31,765 nucleotides of DNA. Origin: Reclinomonas americana ATCC 50394 (lineage: Eukaryota). Under the pieces are notes generated by a model, which was not told the DNA's origin, ran no database searches, and saw only the letters and a list, made by a program, of their open reading frames with translations. The stretch is taken from contig PS015187.1 of the NCBI GenBank assembly GCA_048213135.1, forward strand, positions 186,500 to 218,264, given 5' to 3'. The position numbers were made by a program, and so were the translations under genes. Of this stretch, positions 20,371-31,408 are shown one piece after another (within the stretch, counting starts at the first letter, position 1; each line of letters begins with the position of its first letter).

Positions 20371-21501
20371 TCAAAGTGCGACGTCGGCAGCATGTCGATA
20401 TACGACCACTTCTGCTTCCTCGACCAAGAATGCACGCAGCACAATCTCCGCCAAGCAACGCGGATCATCGTCTGCCTCGCCCCTCTCCAGCATCTCGTGC
20501 ACGACAGCCAATGCCGATCGCGCACGACCGAGCTCCTCCTGCGCGTACGCGAGCACAGAAGACCATGGCCACACTCGTATGACTGTGTCGTCGCAGCAGG
20601 TGACCAAGTGCTGACCGTCGGGGGCAACGGCAACAGAGCGAAGCCAGCCAGTGTGCCCCTCAAACAGCCGTACTTGCTCACCATTCGCCAGCGACCACAC
20701 TCGAACTGTGCCGTCGCAGCCGCCGCTGAGAACATACCGACCGTCGGGCGTGACAGCAACTGCGCGAATCTCTCTGTTGTGTCCCACCAACCGTCGCACC
20801 TCCTCGCCACTCGTCAGAGACCACACACACACGACCATGTCTGCACTCCCACTCACGATGTGCAGACCATCGGGAGTGAATGCGACCGCCCGGACCCAGT
20901 CGGAGCGGGCGAACTGTTGCACGAATTCGCCACTGCTTACAGACCACACTCGCACAGTGAAGTCCTCGCCTCCACTCGCCACGTGCTGGCCATCGGGTGA
21001 GACCGCGACTAAGTACACGGCGCCGTAGTGTCCCTCCAGTTGTCGCACTTGATCGCCACTTGCCAGTGACCACACACGCACAGTCTTATCAGCTCCACCG
21101 CTCACAGCGAGCTGACCATCGTGAGCCACAGCGACCGAGTTGACCGCATGCGTGTGCCCTATGAATTGTCGCACTTGCTCTCCACTCGTCAGTGACCACA
21201 CACGCACAGTCTTGTCCTCACTGCTGCTCACAATATGTTGATCGTCAGCCGTGACAGCGACAGATGTCACCCAGTCAGTGTGCCCTCGGAATCGTCGCAC
21301 CTCCGCGCCACTTCCCAGCGACCACAACCGCAAGGTTCTGTCGGTGCCTCCACTCACAAGGAACTGCCCGTTGTGAGTGAAGGTGGCGTAGAAATTCCCA
21401 AAGGGGTGCCCCTGCAGGTGCTTGCACACGAGGGGAGCGGCAGGTGACGCAGCATCGCTCATCCTCCCACACGAAGTCGATTGTAATCCATCATCGCCCA
21501 T
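20371..21501 (-). CDS. Intronless WD40-repeat protein (7 repeats, 376 aa)
   Basis: Uninterrupted ORF with seven ~42-aa GH...VAVTPDG..VSGGxDxTVRVW(S) repeats and a ~60-aa C-terminal tail. Confidence 0.93.
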   Translation of the reverse strand: MGDDGLQSTSCGRMSDAASPAAPLVCKHLQGHPFGNFYATFTHNGQFLVSGGTDRTLRLWSLGSGAEVRRFRGHTDWVTSVAVTADDQHIVSSSEDKTVRVWSLTSGEQVRQFIGHTHAVNSVAVAHDGQLAVSGGADKTVRVWSLASGDQVRQLEGHYGAVYLVAVSPDGQHVASGGEDFTVRVWSVSSGEFVQQFARSDWVRAVAFTPDGLHIVSGSADMVVCVWSLTSGEEVRRLVGHNREIRAVAVTPDGRYVLSGGCDGTVRVWSLANGEQVRLFEGHTGWLRSVAVAPDGQHLVTCCDDTVIRVWPWSSVLAYAQEELGRARSALAVVHEMLERGEADDDPRCLAEIVLRAFLVEEAEVVVYRHAADVAL

Positions 21502-21845
21502 TGCAGTCGACGAACCTGGGTCATTTTCCTATCCGCAGACAGGCAGAAGTCCTCTATTAAACTTATTACACTCTAGTTAAAAAAAAAAAGAGGATAAGGT
21601 TTCCCCCTCCCTTTCCATTATTATCGTTTAAAGGAAGAATTAATATTCGAATACCACTCCCTCCGGATCCCCTCTTCCGACGTCAACAGCCCGCGATCGA
21701 GCCCATCGATATCGATCATCTCCCATCGAGCATCACCAGCCGGTGAGCAGCAGGTGGTCTCTCGCACCGCTCAACAAGAACACGCGAAGTTTGTCTTTCA
21801 TGCAGCATGCAGGACACATCATATCATCCGTCGCGCGACTGACAC

Positions 21846-23235
21846 ATGGCAAGCGCCGAGAACCTGGTCGTGTTTCTCAGCCCCGACGCCACACTGGTGT
21901 CATCCTTTGTGCACAGTGTGTGGTCAAGCGACGATCAGCACGCACAGCGTGGCTCACACGAGGCCAACCTGGGCGCCGAATGCTCTCACAGTTGAGTGAG
22001 AACTTCCTCGCTCTCTCTTTCCCTCCTCTTCCCTCCTCTCTCTCACACACACATGCAGGTGTGCGTCTCTTCCCGCTGCTCACCAAGTACTACAAGACGG
22101 CAGTGCATGTGGCCTCGGTACATGCCCCACAAGGAGTGATTGCTCCCTCCGATCCTCTGCATTCCGCTCGACCACAAGCTGTGGTCTTTGTCGGCCATGT
22201 GGAGGTTGGCACTCTCCCTCTCTCTCTCTCTCATGCACCTCACTCACTGCATTCACTATCTCTCTCTCTCTCTCTCACTGTGCAGCACGCTGCATTGCAC
22301 GAGTCACTCTCGCGCATGGGTGAGCTGCTGGAGCACTGGGACCCTGCGGTGCGTGTGTGTGCCTATCACACACGAGTGGAGGAATCGGTGGTTGTCGAGG
22401 AGGCACGCAAGGTTGGTTCTCTGCAGTGGCCATGTGTGCTGGAGCTTGCTCTCATCGTTCGACGATGCTGTGCAGCGAGAGCACGAGAGCCGAGTGCATG
22501 CCATCTCCGAGTGGTGTCTCGACTCGGCGGTGGAGTTTATCGACATGAATGAGGAGGTGGCGGAGGACGATGAGGAAGAGGAGGAGGGTGGTGTTGGTGG
22601 TGCGTCTGGTATGCAGACAGCTGCGCTTCAGCCGTCGTCACACTCACGTGTGTGTGGGGTGTGTGCAGCTGGGCGTGAGCAAGGCGCGACGGGCTTTGGT
22701 CGTGTGCTGGAGGTGCTGCAGTGCCACGTGTGGCAGCCGCTTGCGTTTGGCGAGCAGAGTGTGGCGGCCTCCTCGGCATCGGCGGCTTCGGGATCGGGAA
22801 GCGGCGCCACGAGCACCACCACCGCGACCGCGGCACCGGCAGAGGCCAGCAGCGGTGCGGCCGCGGCTGGTGAACCCGACAGCACTCGTGCTTCCAGTTG
22901 CGCGTGAGCTTGCATCACTACGTGCTTTCCTTTTTCTCACGCACACATACAACGCAGAGCCGGCGGCCGTGGCTCCTCCGTCACTGATGGGCAACCTGAT
23001 CGCCGACCTGGCCTCTCTGGAGACGGAGGAAGGGGCCGACAATTTCGATCGCACATTCGCCGAGTTGATCATGCGCGCACAGCAGGTGCGCAGCTCATCC
23101 AGCAAGCTCTCCGACGAGGCACGACGACAGCAGGCCTCGGCACTCGCGCTGCAGATGGCCGCCCTGTTCCATCTCGACGACGACGACGATGAAGAGGAGA
23201 GGGGAGGACGGAGCGGTGACGACGAAGACGATTAG
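21846..23235 (+). CDS. AAGAB: Alpha/gamma-adaptin-binding protein p34 (AAGAB/Irc6 family), 6 exons
   Basis: Family-type motifs LLTKYYKTAV, QAVVFV, EWCLDSAVEFID, GFGRVLEVLQCHVW, NFDRTFAEL...LSDEARRQQA and an acidic tail. Confidence 0.88.
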
Positions 23236-23288
23236 TAAACGACGTAGAGAGAGCCTCACAAAAATTCACTATCCCCCGACACGGTGCA

Positions 23289-24760
23289 TCACACCCGGTC
23301 GTCGAGGGCGTGATGGGTCTCGGCGGCACCGTCGAATACATGCTCAATGCCACGCATGCGCTCGGTGCCTACCAGCTGCGTGCTGAGTTCCCACAACCGC
23401 TCCACCAACTTGGCGTCGTTCGCCTGCTGTTTGCACGACTTGACGCGGCAGTCTTCGAGGTACACACCATTCTCCGCCTCCTGCAACATTCGTGAGAAAG
23501 AGTCATCTCGCGCAACCAGAAGACACAACAACAACAGAAGCGCACCATGCGCGGATTGGTGGCCGCGTACAGCGACGTCCGTGCACCCTCGGCGGTGTTG
23601 CGCATGCAGCACTTGGTGCAACACACTGTGGCGGTGGGCGAAGCAATGTCAGCTCGGCACAATCCTTCACTCTTGCGAGAAACACACTCACCGATACACC
23701 GCCACATGCAGTTGTAGTCTCGTGAGATATCCGAGTCGACGTACCCGGGATGCAGCGATGTCGACGAGATCAGCTCGTCACCCGGATGCAGACCGCGTCG
23801 CAGTGCGGCCGCCAGCTGATTGCTGAACGCCACCTGGAAGAGCTTGGAGTTGCCGTAGAACTTGAACTTGTCGTACGATTTCTCTCCGTGCAGATTCTCA
23901 AAGTCAATGGTGTCGTCGCCGAGAAAGTGTGCATACGACGCCACATGCACGATGCGCACTCGCTCCCCGCCACGAGCCGTCGGTCGCATCACTCGCTCCA
24001 GCAGCTGCAACGTGAGCAGCCAGTGACCGAGATAGTTGACCTGCGTGCGCAAGTGAAATGAGTGGCCGCTCGAGCCCAGTGACTGCGCGTATGTGCGCCG
24101 CACCTGGAACATGGACTCGTACCCGTCGGCAGTCAACTCCTTTGGGCGCAGTGCCAGACCGGCATTGTTGACCAGAATGTGCAGCCGGTTGAACCTGCAT
24201 CGAGAGAAACTGTCGCCTCAGCCACTGCCGCACTCGCCTCCTCTCTCCACCACCACTGCTCACCGTGCACAAAACGCCTCCACGAACGCCATGACCGAGT
24301 CCAATGAACTCAAATCCAACTGCATGAACTCAATGCCCTGATTGCCAGTCTCTGCAACTCACCACCGTCACAAACACACATATAACAGACAAAGAGAGGC
24401 AGAGTAAAGGTGGGAACCTTCTCGCAGCAGTGCCACCACTGGTGCCGTGCGCTGCTCACTGCGACATGCCAAAATCTGCACAAAAAGAGTGAGAGAGCAA
24501 TCCTGCATGTGCCTGCAGTGTGAGAACACAATGCCATGCGCACCACATGCTGCGCCTTCATGTTGGCGATCTCGCGTGCAGTCTCCAGACCAATGCCAGT
24601 GTTGGAACCTGCATGTGAGTGCACGTGTGTGTGAGAGAGCGAAGGAGTGAGAGACACACACACACACTCCGCTGCGGTCGCGACCTGTGATAATCACGGT
24701 TTTGCCTGTCAGGTCGACAGAGCCGTCGAACGGCAGACCTCCGCAGCAGCAGTTGCCCAT
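23289..24760 (-). CDS. Short-chain dehydrogenase/reductase, retinol dehydrogenase/WWOX-like, 8 exons
   Basis: DLTGKTVIITGSNTGIGLETA (TGxxxGIG), ILACRS, QLDLSSL, HILVNNAG, QVNYLGH, RIVHVAS, YGNSK (YxxxK), LHPGYV, EGARTSLYAA and RLWELS. Confidence 0.95.
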
Positions 24761-24825
24761 GCTTTCTTCCGCACTGTGAATGAAACGATGGAAATTTTGT
24801 AAGTGAGTGTTTTTAATTCTCCTCT

Positions 24826-27566
24826 CTAACAGCACGCCTCAAAGTCTGGCAGCGGGAACAGTGCCAGCTGCATTCTTCGCACGGCCAGCGACACTCGGTA
24901 CTCCAAGTCGGCATCGCGGCAGTTGATTTCCTTGTTGCGCAGATCCACTTCCACCTCTTCGCCATCGGCTGTCACCACAAACAACATCTCGTCGAGCGAG
25001 AGCTCGGTCGGGCCAAACTGCTCGCCCAGCATGCGCTGCATCGATCGCAGCGCAAACACGTCGTATGGCATCTCCGATGGTCGCAGCACTGCAAAACGCA
25101 GGGATAAGTCCATGCGTCGTCACCCTGCGCCTCAGCCCCACTCACCCTTCTCCTCGGCCATGACCGCCTCCGGTTCCAGCTCAATGGCCAGTGCGTGTAC
25201 CAACACCACATCGGTGACGAAATCAAGCACCGCATTCGATCCCCACTGCAATCGCAGCTGCGTCGCCGACAACCTCACAACCTCCACACCCTCCGCAACC
25301 ACTACCATGGTCAGCTCGCCCATCATTTCGTCGCGCACATTCTCAAACAGCTGCCGCAGCTTGGCCACCAGCAGCCCAAAATCACCAGTAAACGGCACTG
25401 TCATGCGTTGACTGTCCGGGGAGCGACTGTGTGAGAACAGAATGTGGTGACCGCAGAGCGATACGCACGGAGAAGATGCACCTGAATGAGGCCGGCGCCA
25501 ACGAGGTGAATGTGGCGAGATCGCCCGGATGCAGGAACAGATTGCCAAAGTGTTTCCGCACCAGCAGACCGCTGAGTAGTGCACCACCCTCCGGCAGCTC
25601 CTCGGCCAGCATGCCCACCGTTTTCACCACCTCCTCGCCGCGGAAGGGAATGGCGACTGTGGCGCAATTCTCTGGCGTGTACACAAACATGTTGCGATCG
25701 GCAAACGTGGTCTCCAGCTCCTGCTTCAACTGACGCATATTCGTCACGTCGCCGTGGACGAGGATCTGCAGCGCGGTGTTGTGAGATGGCAGCGAATAAA
25801 CACCGGGGGTGGAGGGGGCGAAGAAAGAAACACGCAACGACAGTCTTGGTGTTCATCGACGCCAAAAAGTTCTTGGTCTGCCGGCAATCCGAGTGCGCCG
25901 AAAACGACACATACTCCACCGTCATGCGCAGTGGCACTCGCATGCCGGTCGACAATTCAATGTCGGGTGGATTGCTCTTGATGGTGGCCGCCAGCGTGCC
26001 TTCCACATTGTAGCCGGTCAACACGGTGCCGTTGGTGCCGTTCTGGCACCATCTCTCGAACAGTTCGCGCGATGGCCCGTTCTGCATTCGCGAGTCAGAG
26101 AGAGGAGAGGAGCACCACTCCACTATGCCACACACACCTGCAACATGCCAGGTGAGGCCAGCACCACACACGGACCCGTGTCGTCCATTTGCGCAATCGA
26201 CTTGACGGTGCGGATGTAGCGGAAGTCGAACGGATTGTGCACCTCGAACTGACTGCGCACGCGCTCGTTCATCATGTTGATGTACGTCTGGAACACCTTC
26301 ATGCACTTGATGGCCATGGACGACGCATAGTAGATGGGAATGTCGTGCAACTCGGGATGCCGGTGCCAGAAATCTGCCAGCAATCGTAAGTAACAAATCT
26401 CTCTTCCCTCCTATCCTCCTCCTCCTCTTCGTCATCTCCGCTCTCTCACGCACCTTCTAGAATCAACAGCAACTCCTGCGCACGTCCGAGTGCAAACACA
26501 GGCAGCAGACAGCGACCACCACGTCGTACCACATCGTACACATATTGAATGAACTTATCCTCGCGGTCCTTGCGCGGTTCGTGCATCTGCGTGCCATACG
26601 TGCTCTCCACAATGAGAATGTCGGGCGAGACGGTCGGCGTCTCTGCACCCATCAAGTGTCGATCGGCATCGCGTGAAAAATCGCCCGTGTACAGCACCTG
26701 CATGCGTGTGAGCACGAATGCACACACTGATGTACGCTTCATCGTGCACACGCCACCTTGACGCCTGCAATCTCCACGATAAACATGGCAGCACCGAGCA
26801 CGTGCCCGGCGTTGTAGCACCAGAACTTGATGCCATTGTGCTCACGCTCCTGGTGGTAGTCGAGCACCTCGCACTGATCGAGCGACTTTTTCACATCCTC
26901 CTCGTCGTACAGCATATCCTCGGGCGCCGCCGAGATGCGGATCGAGTCCAGCAGCACCAGCCGCGAGATGGCCATGGTCGGATGCGTCATAAACACCTTG
27001 CCGCGAAAGTTGGTCTTGGTGACAAAGTACGGCAGCGCGCCGCAATGGTCCATGTGGAAGCTGCCTCACCGCAGATCATCAGCACGCCGCACGGTGAATG
27101 AAGGCAATGAACAATGCAGTGGCGCAACTGTGTGACCAGCACCAAGTCCACCGACTGGCAATCAATGGTGTCAAAGTACGGCAACGAGTCAAGACCGACT
27201 CGTCCCGGATGAATGCCGCAATCAAACTGTCGCAATGCATGCATATGAGGAAAATGCATTGCTGAGTGAGGCCACAGAGAGTGTGCGTGTGTGTGTGCGT
27301 ACCATCACAGTCTTTCCCTTGAACTTGACAAGCACGGCCGAGCGACCGACCTCATTGCCGGAGCCGAGCGGGGTGATTTCCAACAGTGGCGATGTCTCAT
27401 CGACACCCGACGAGGCCGAGGACGAGGAAGAAGACGCAGTGCCCAGCGACGATGCGGCGTAGGCGGCGGTGGCGGAGCCGATGCGCGGACCGCCTTGTGC
27501 AAAGCGCGTGTTGGCGCTGATCACGGTGGCGCCGGGTGGAGGCAGTGCGGTCGCGCGACTGGTCAT
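24826..27566 (-). CDS. CPSF3: Cleavage and polyadenylation specificity factor 73-kDa endonuclease (metallo-beta-lactamase/beta-CASP), 9 exons
   Basis: [98 protein letters not shown] and ILVHGD, plus a C-terminal domain. The motifs fit CPSF73 better than INTS11. Confidence 0.97.
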
Positions 27567-27696
27567 TTTGGTTTGGTGATTGATTTTGTGCAGGACAGCG
27601 CACGGAGGGAGAAGGGAAGTGTGGTACGCTGTGTATGATGTGCGGTGCAAGCTGGGATACTCGGCGTTCGTTGTGCGTGCGTTTGTGTATTTGCAT

Positions 27697-27727
27697 GTCG
27701 ATCGCGATCGCGATCGCGACGTCGACG
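27697..27727. promoter_or_regulatory. (CGATCG)3 palindrome in the divergent CPSF3/HAUS8-like promoter region (candidate cis-element)
   Basis: CGATCGCGATCGCGATCG at 27699-27716 followed by CGACGTCGACG, between two head-to-head genes. Function is inferred only. Confidence 0.35.
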
Positions 27728-28029
27728 TTTGCATAGACAGCTGAACAGCCACGCGGATTCAACTGCCAGCGTACATCAAGCTCACAGTGCTCCTGCTCAA
27801 CCACATCCACCTGCAACTTTAGTCACGCGTTGTGGTGTTGGAGAGCCGACGTCGACGTTCTTTTGAGCCCGAGGTCACTCTCTTTCTCTCATCGCAGCTG
27901 TTCTCTGAGCGGCAAGGCCAACAGTACGCCGTTAATCGACGAGCACTCGCGACAATCGACAAAGAGAGAGAAAGAGAAAACGAAGACTGGTGGGACAACC
28001 TCTCTTGGCGCCAAATCGCTGTGAGCTCG

Positions 28030-29349
28030 ATGCAGAGTGGCAAGGGCAAGGCGTACAGGGCGGCTGTGCCACTAAAGCCACGCACTCCTGCGCAACGGTA
28101 TGTGTGCGTTAAAGAGAGAGAGTGTGTGTGTGCCTTAGACATTCACACGCTGAGTGTGTGTGTGTGTCACAGTGCGGCGCTGTCACAAGGTGTGCTCGAT
28201 GAGGACGGTGGATCGACGGCATCATCAGCCAATGGCGGTGTGCCGATGGTCAATTCGATCGCCTCTGCGCAAAAGGTGTGTGTGTGTGAGAGAGACGGAG
28301 AGAGACTAATCATTCATCGATCGCTGCTCACCTGCGTTGTTCTCAGTCGCAGTCATCTGCTGCTGGACCGCCTGTTGTCGCTGCTGATGTGCTATCGCGT
28401 CAGGTACTCACTCACTCGCGTGTATGTGTATGTCGGTGAGCGTGAGTGTTCATTCGTGTGTGTGCTGCGACAGCTGCTCGGCGAGCAGGCCATGGGCGCC
28501 ACGAGGCAAAAGATCAATGTGGACAGCCCAGTGAAGAAGGTCATTGGGGACATGGTGGCCGCGCGACGACGTGAGTGTGGCAAGCGATGCTGTTTCTTCC
28601 CCATTCGTCGTTGACTTCTTGCGCAGAGGTGGCTGGCGATGCGGATGACCACGGTGGCGTGCCAGCGGTGTGTGTGTCTCTCTCTCTCCCTCTCTATGCT
28701 GCTCCCAGTCTCGTGCTGATTGATCATCGCTGTTGGAACGCAGTCGCGACACGCCTGGGGCGATACCGATTCACCGTCGATGATGCAGGCGGTGCCGCCG
28801 ATCCGCACGCCGGCTGATCGCCACGCCATTCACACGCCGTTGGCGTCGGCACCGGCCGTGTCGACCCCGTCGACCGCCAATGTGGCAAAGACGCTCGATT
28901 TCTTCCAGGGTGCGTGCGTGTGTGTTCGTGCGAAAGTGTATTGCTGCTGCTGACAAGCGTCTGCCAAACCCACAGAGACGCCCTCGAACGGGGCCCTCGC
29001 TGCGCAACGAAAGGCCAAGACCGACGCACTCAGCAGTCCGGAGCGAGTGGCTGCTGCCGAGTTCCCTTCGTTTGCCGCTGGTGCGCCAGAGCCGACTGAA
29101 AAAACAACGCCGCGCAGCGAATCGGCCAAGAGGAAACGAGGTGCGTGTTACGTCAGAGGGTGGATCGTGTCCACGGATTGTATATTCATCTCCCTCGTAC
29201 TGTGGCAGCTGTCAAGCATGTGCAGTCGCGTTTCATGAGCGGCGCCAAGACGCCAACACAAGGCGAAAAGGAGGCCGCTCGGCCCACACGGCCCACCTCG
29301 GCTCCACGATCTCGACCGACGTCGGCGGCCCCGACCCCCGAACAACATC

Positions 29350-29381
<32 letters not shown>

Positions 29382-31317
29382 TCTCCGGTGTTATCTGGAT
29401 CTCTCCCTTGCATCTGCTCATGACACGCTGCGATAATCAGGAGACCAATATCGGCGCAGCGTGCACGTCCGTCATCGTTTCGTTTGCGGACGTAGAAGAA
29501 GAAAGTAGAATTATCGGTCGTCCCTGACTGTGTCTTGCTCGCAGTGCGGCGCCACCAGCCACAGCAACGCCATCGTCTGCTTCGGCGCAGGCACGCAAGG
29601 GCACTGCCGCTCTGAATACCATCCGCCAGCTGGAACGACAGCAGGAGATGCTGGAGGCCAAGGCCCGAGCGGAGCAAGAGTTCTTTGAGAGGTGAATAGC
29701 GATCTCACTTCTGTTTTCTTTATGAGGTGCCTCACGTCGTATGACAGTCGAGCACAAGCTGCCGCCGCTGTCGCAGAGGGAGACAGTGTGCCCGGTTCCA
29801 CAACAAAGAACGGTGTGCCTGCTGACACATTTCTGTTCGATACCATGATCGTGACCAACCTTGTGTTGTGCTTGCAGGAGCACGCATCACGAGACATTTC
29901 AATCCACCGGGAACTGCGCCCAGTGAAGAATCAAGTTGCGTTTGTCTTTTTCCGAATGCACGCACATCTGTCGTCGCTCATCGCATCGTGCAGCGCCTGG
30001 GCGAATCAAAATGCGAGTGGTCTCCTCCAAGTTCCAACAGCCGGCCGCCGCCGCCGCATCACAGACGCCGCGCGACAGCGCCAAGAAGCCCAAACCACGC
30101 GACCGACCCACTACACCGACGAATCGACGACTTGCTGCGCCAGCCACCAGCTCGGCCGTCAAGGGGCGTCAGCCTGTGGTGACAGCGGGTGGAGCGGGAA
30201 CTGCCGCACCATCATCAGCGAGTCGACCAGGTAAAGAGGGGGGCAGAGGGAGAACATCTCCATCACGCATCTCACTCACCCGCCTCGCCACAGTCACCAT
30301 TACACGCGGCGAATTGCCGTCGGCCGCCGCTCTGTTGCGCCCCTTTCCATCACTCTGATTTTGTGATGATCACGTGTGTCTCACATGTTACCGCGCAGTG
30401 CTGGTCGTGGAGCACCGCCGAAAAAAGCCGCACCACCCTCAGTCGCCGCGCACCCCGGCGGCAACCTGCCAAGTGGCATGACTCCGGCGATGCATGCGGC
30501 TCTTTTGCAGACACGCCTGCTACACTGGCACTTTGTCAATGCGCGGGCGGCGCAGGCGTTTGAGGCACAGGAGGATCGGGCGATGGTGTGTGTCTATGCC
30601 TGGATTTGTATGTGTGCGTTGGTGTGCTCACCACAGGCTGGCGCAGGAGGCACTGTACAGCATGTGGTTGTTGATTGATCAACGGCGGTCCGACTTGCAG
30701 CAGCATGTGTTGACACTGGAGAAGGAGAAGCACATTGTGGCGCTGGAGGACTCGCTGCGGCATGTGCGTCGGCATTCTCTTCGTTGATCTTGCTGTATCT
30801 GCGTCATCATCCGTGATGTGACGTTGCTTTTTTTGTGCTCGCAGCACGAGTACCTGGCCACTGCCGAGGCCGGCACCATCATGGATCAGTACGCCGATGC
30901 ACACAGCAGGTTATCGCAGGCACTGACGGGCACCACTCATCGTCTCCCGTTGCATCGGTGAGAAAACTCATTCTCCCTCAATAATCCCACGTCGCTCACC
31001 TCCACCACAGCGTGACGGTCGACGAGACGCTGCTGCTGCAGAGTCTCACCAATGTGGCCAGCACACTGTCGGCGTTGGCTGCCGAGACCGACACGGAGGC
31101 GGCGGCCATTGGCGAGCTGGCAGACACGTTGCGTGCGCTGGAGACGGGAATCATGGAGGAGTGCGCGTCACTGGGCAAGGCACACGGCGGTGTGCTGGCA
31201 CTGCGATCGGCGCAAAACATGGAAATGAGCCTGCAGGTGCAACACATACAACAGCTCCGCGAACTGGCAATCATGGATGCAGCAGCAGCGGCGGCGGCAG
31301 CGAATGGCGACGCATGA
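28030..31317 (+). CDS. Augmin subunit 8 / QWRF-family (HAUS8/AUG8-like) microtubule-associated protein, ~17 exons
   Basis: Long Ala/Pro/Ser/Thr-rich N-terminus containing VKHVQSRFMS and RVVSSKFQ. C-terminal domain LLQTRLLHWHFVNARA...EALYSMW...LSQALTGTTHRLPL followed by a coiled coil, resembling the QWRF motif RLLQWRFANARA...TLRLP. Confidence 0.78.
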
Positions 31318-31408
31318 GAGCGATATCGATCGACGCGACTGTGTGCGTTTTATAAAAAAAGAAGAAAGGCATGGCGACGAGTGGGGCAGGGGAACATCGA
31401 AACGCCGA

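Noticed and set aside
21579-21589. A11 run as the retrocopy poly(A) tail of the WD40 gene
   Set aside because: It lies upstream of the minus-strand gene and reads as T11 on its strand: wrong end and wrong orientation. No target-site duplication seen.
24826-27566. Integrator subunit 11 (INTS11) instead of CPSF73
   Set aside because: GNEVGRS, DCGIHPG and NPFDF match CPSF73-type motifs rather than the INTS11-type GQDVGRS and DCGMHMG.
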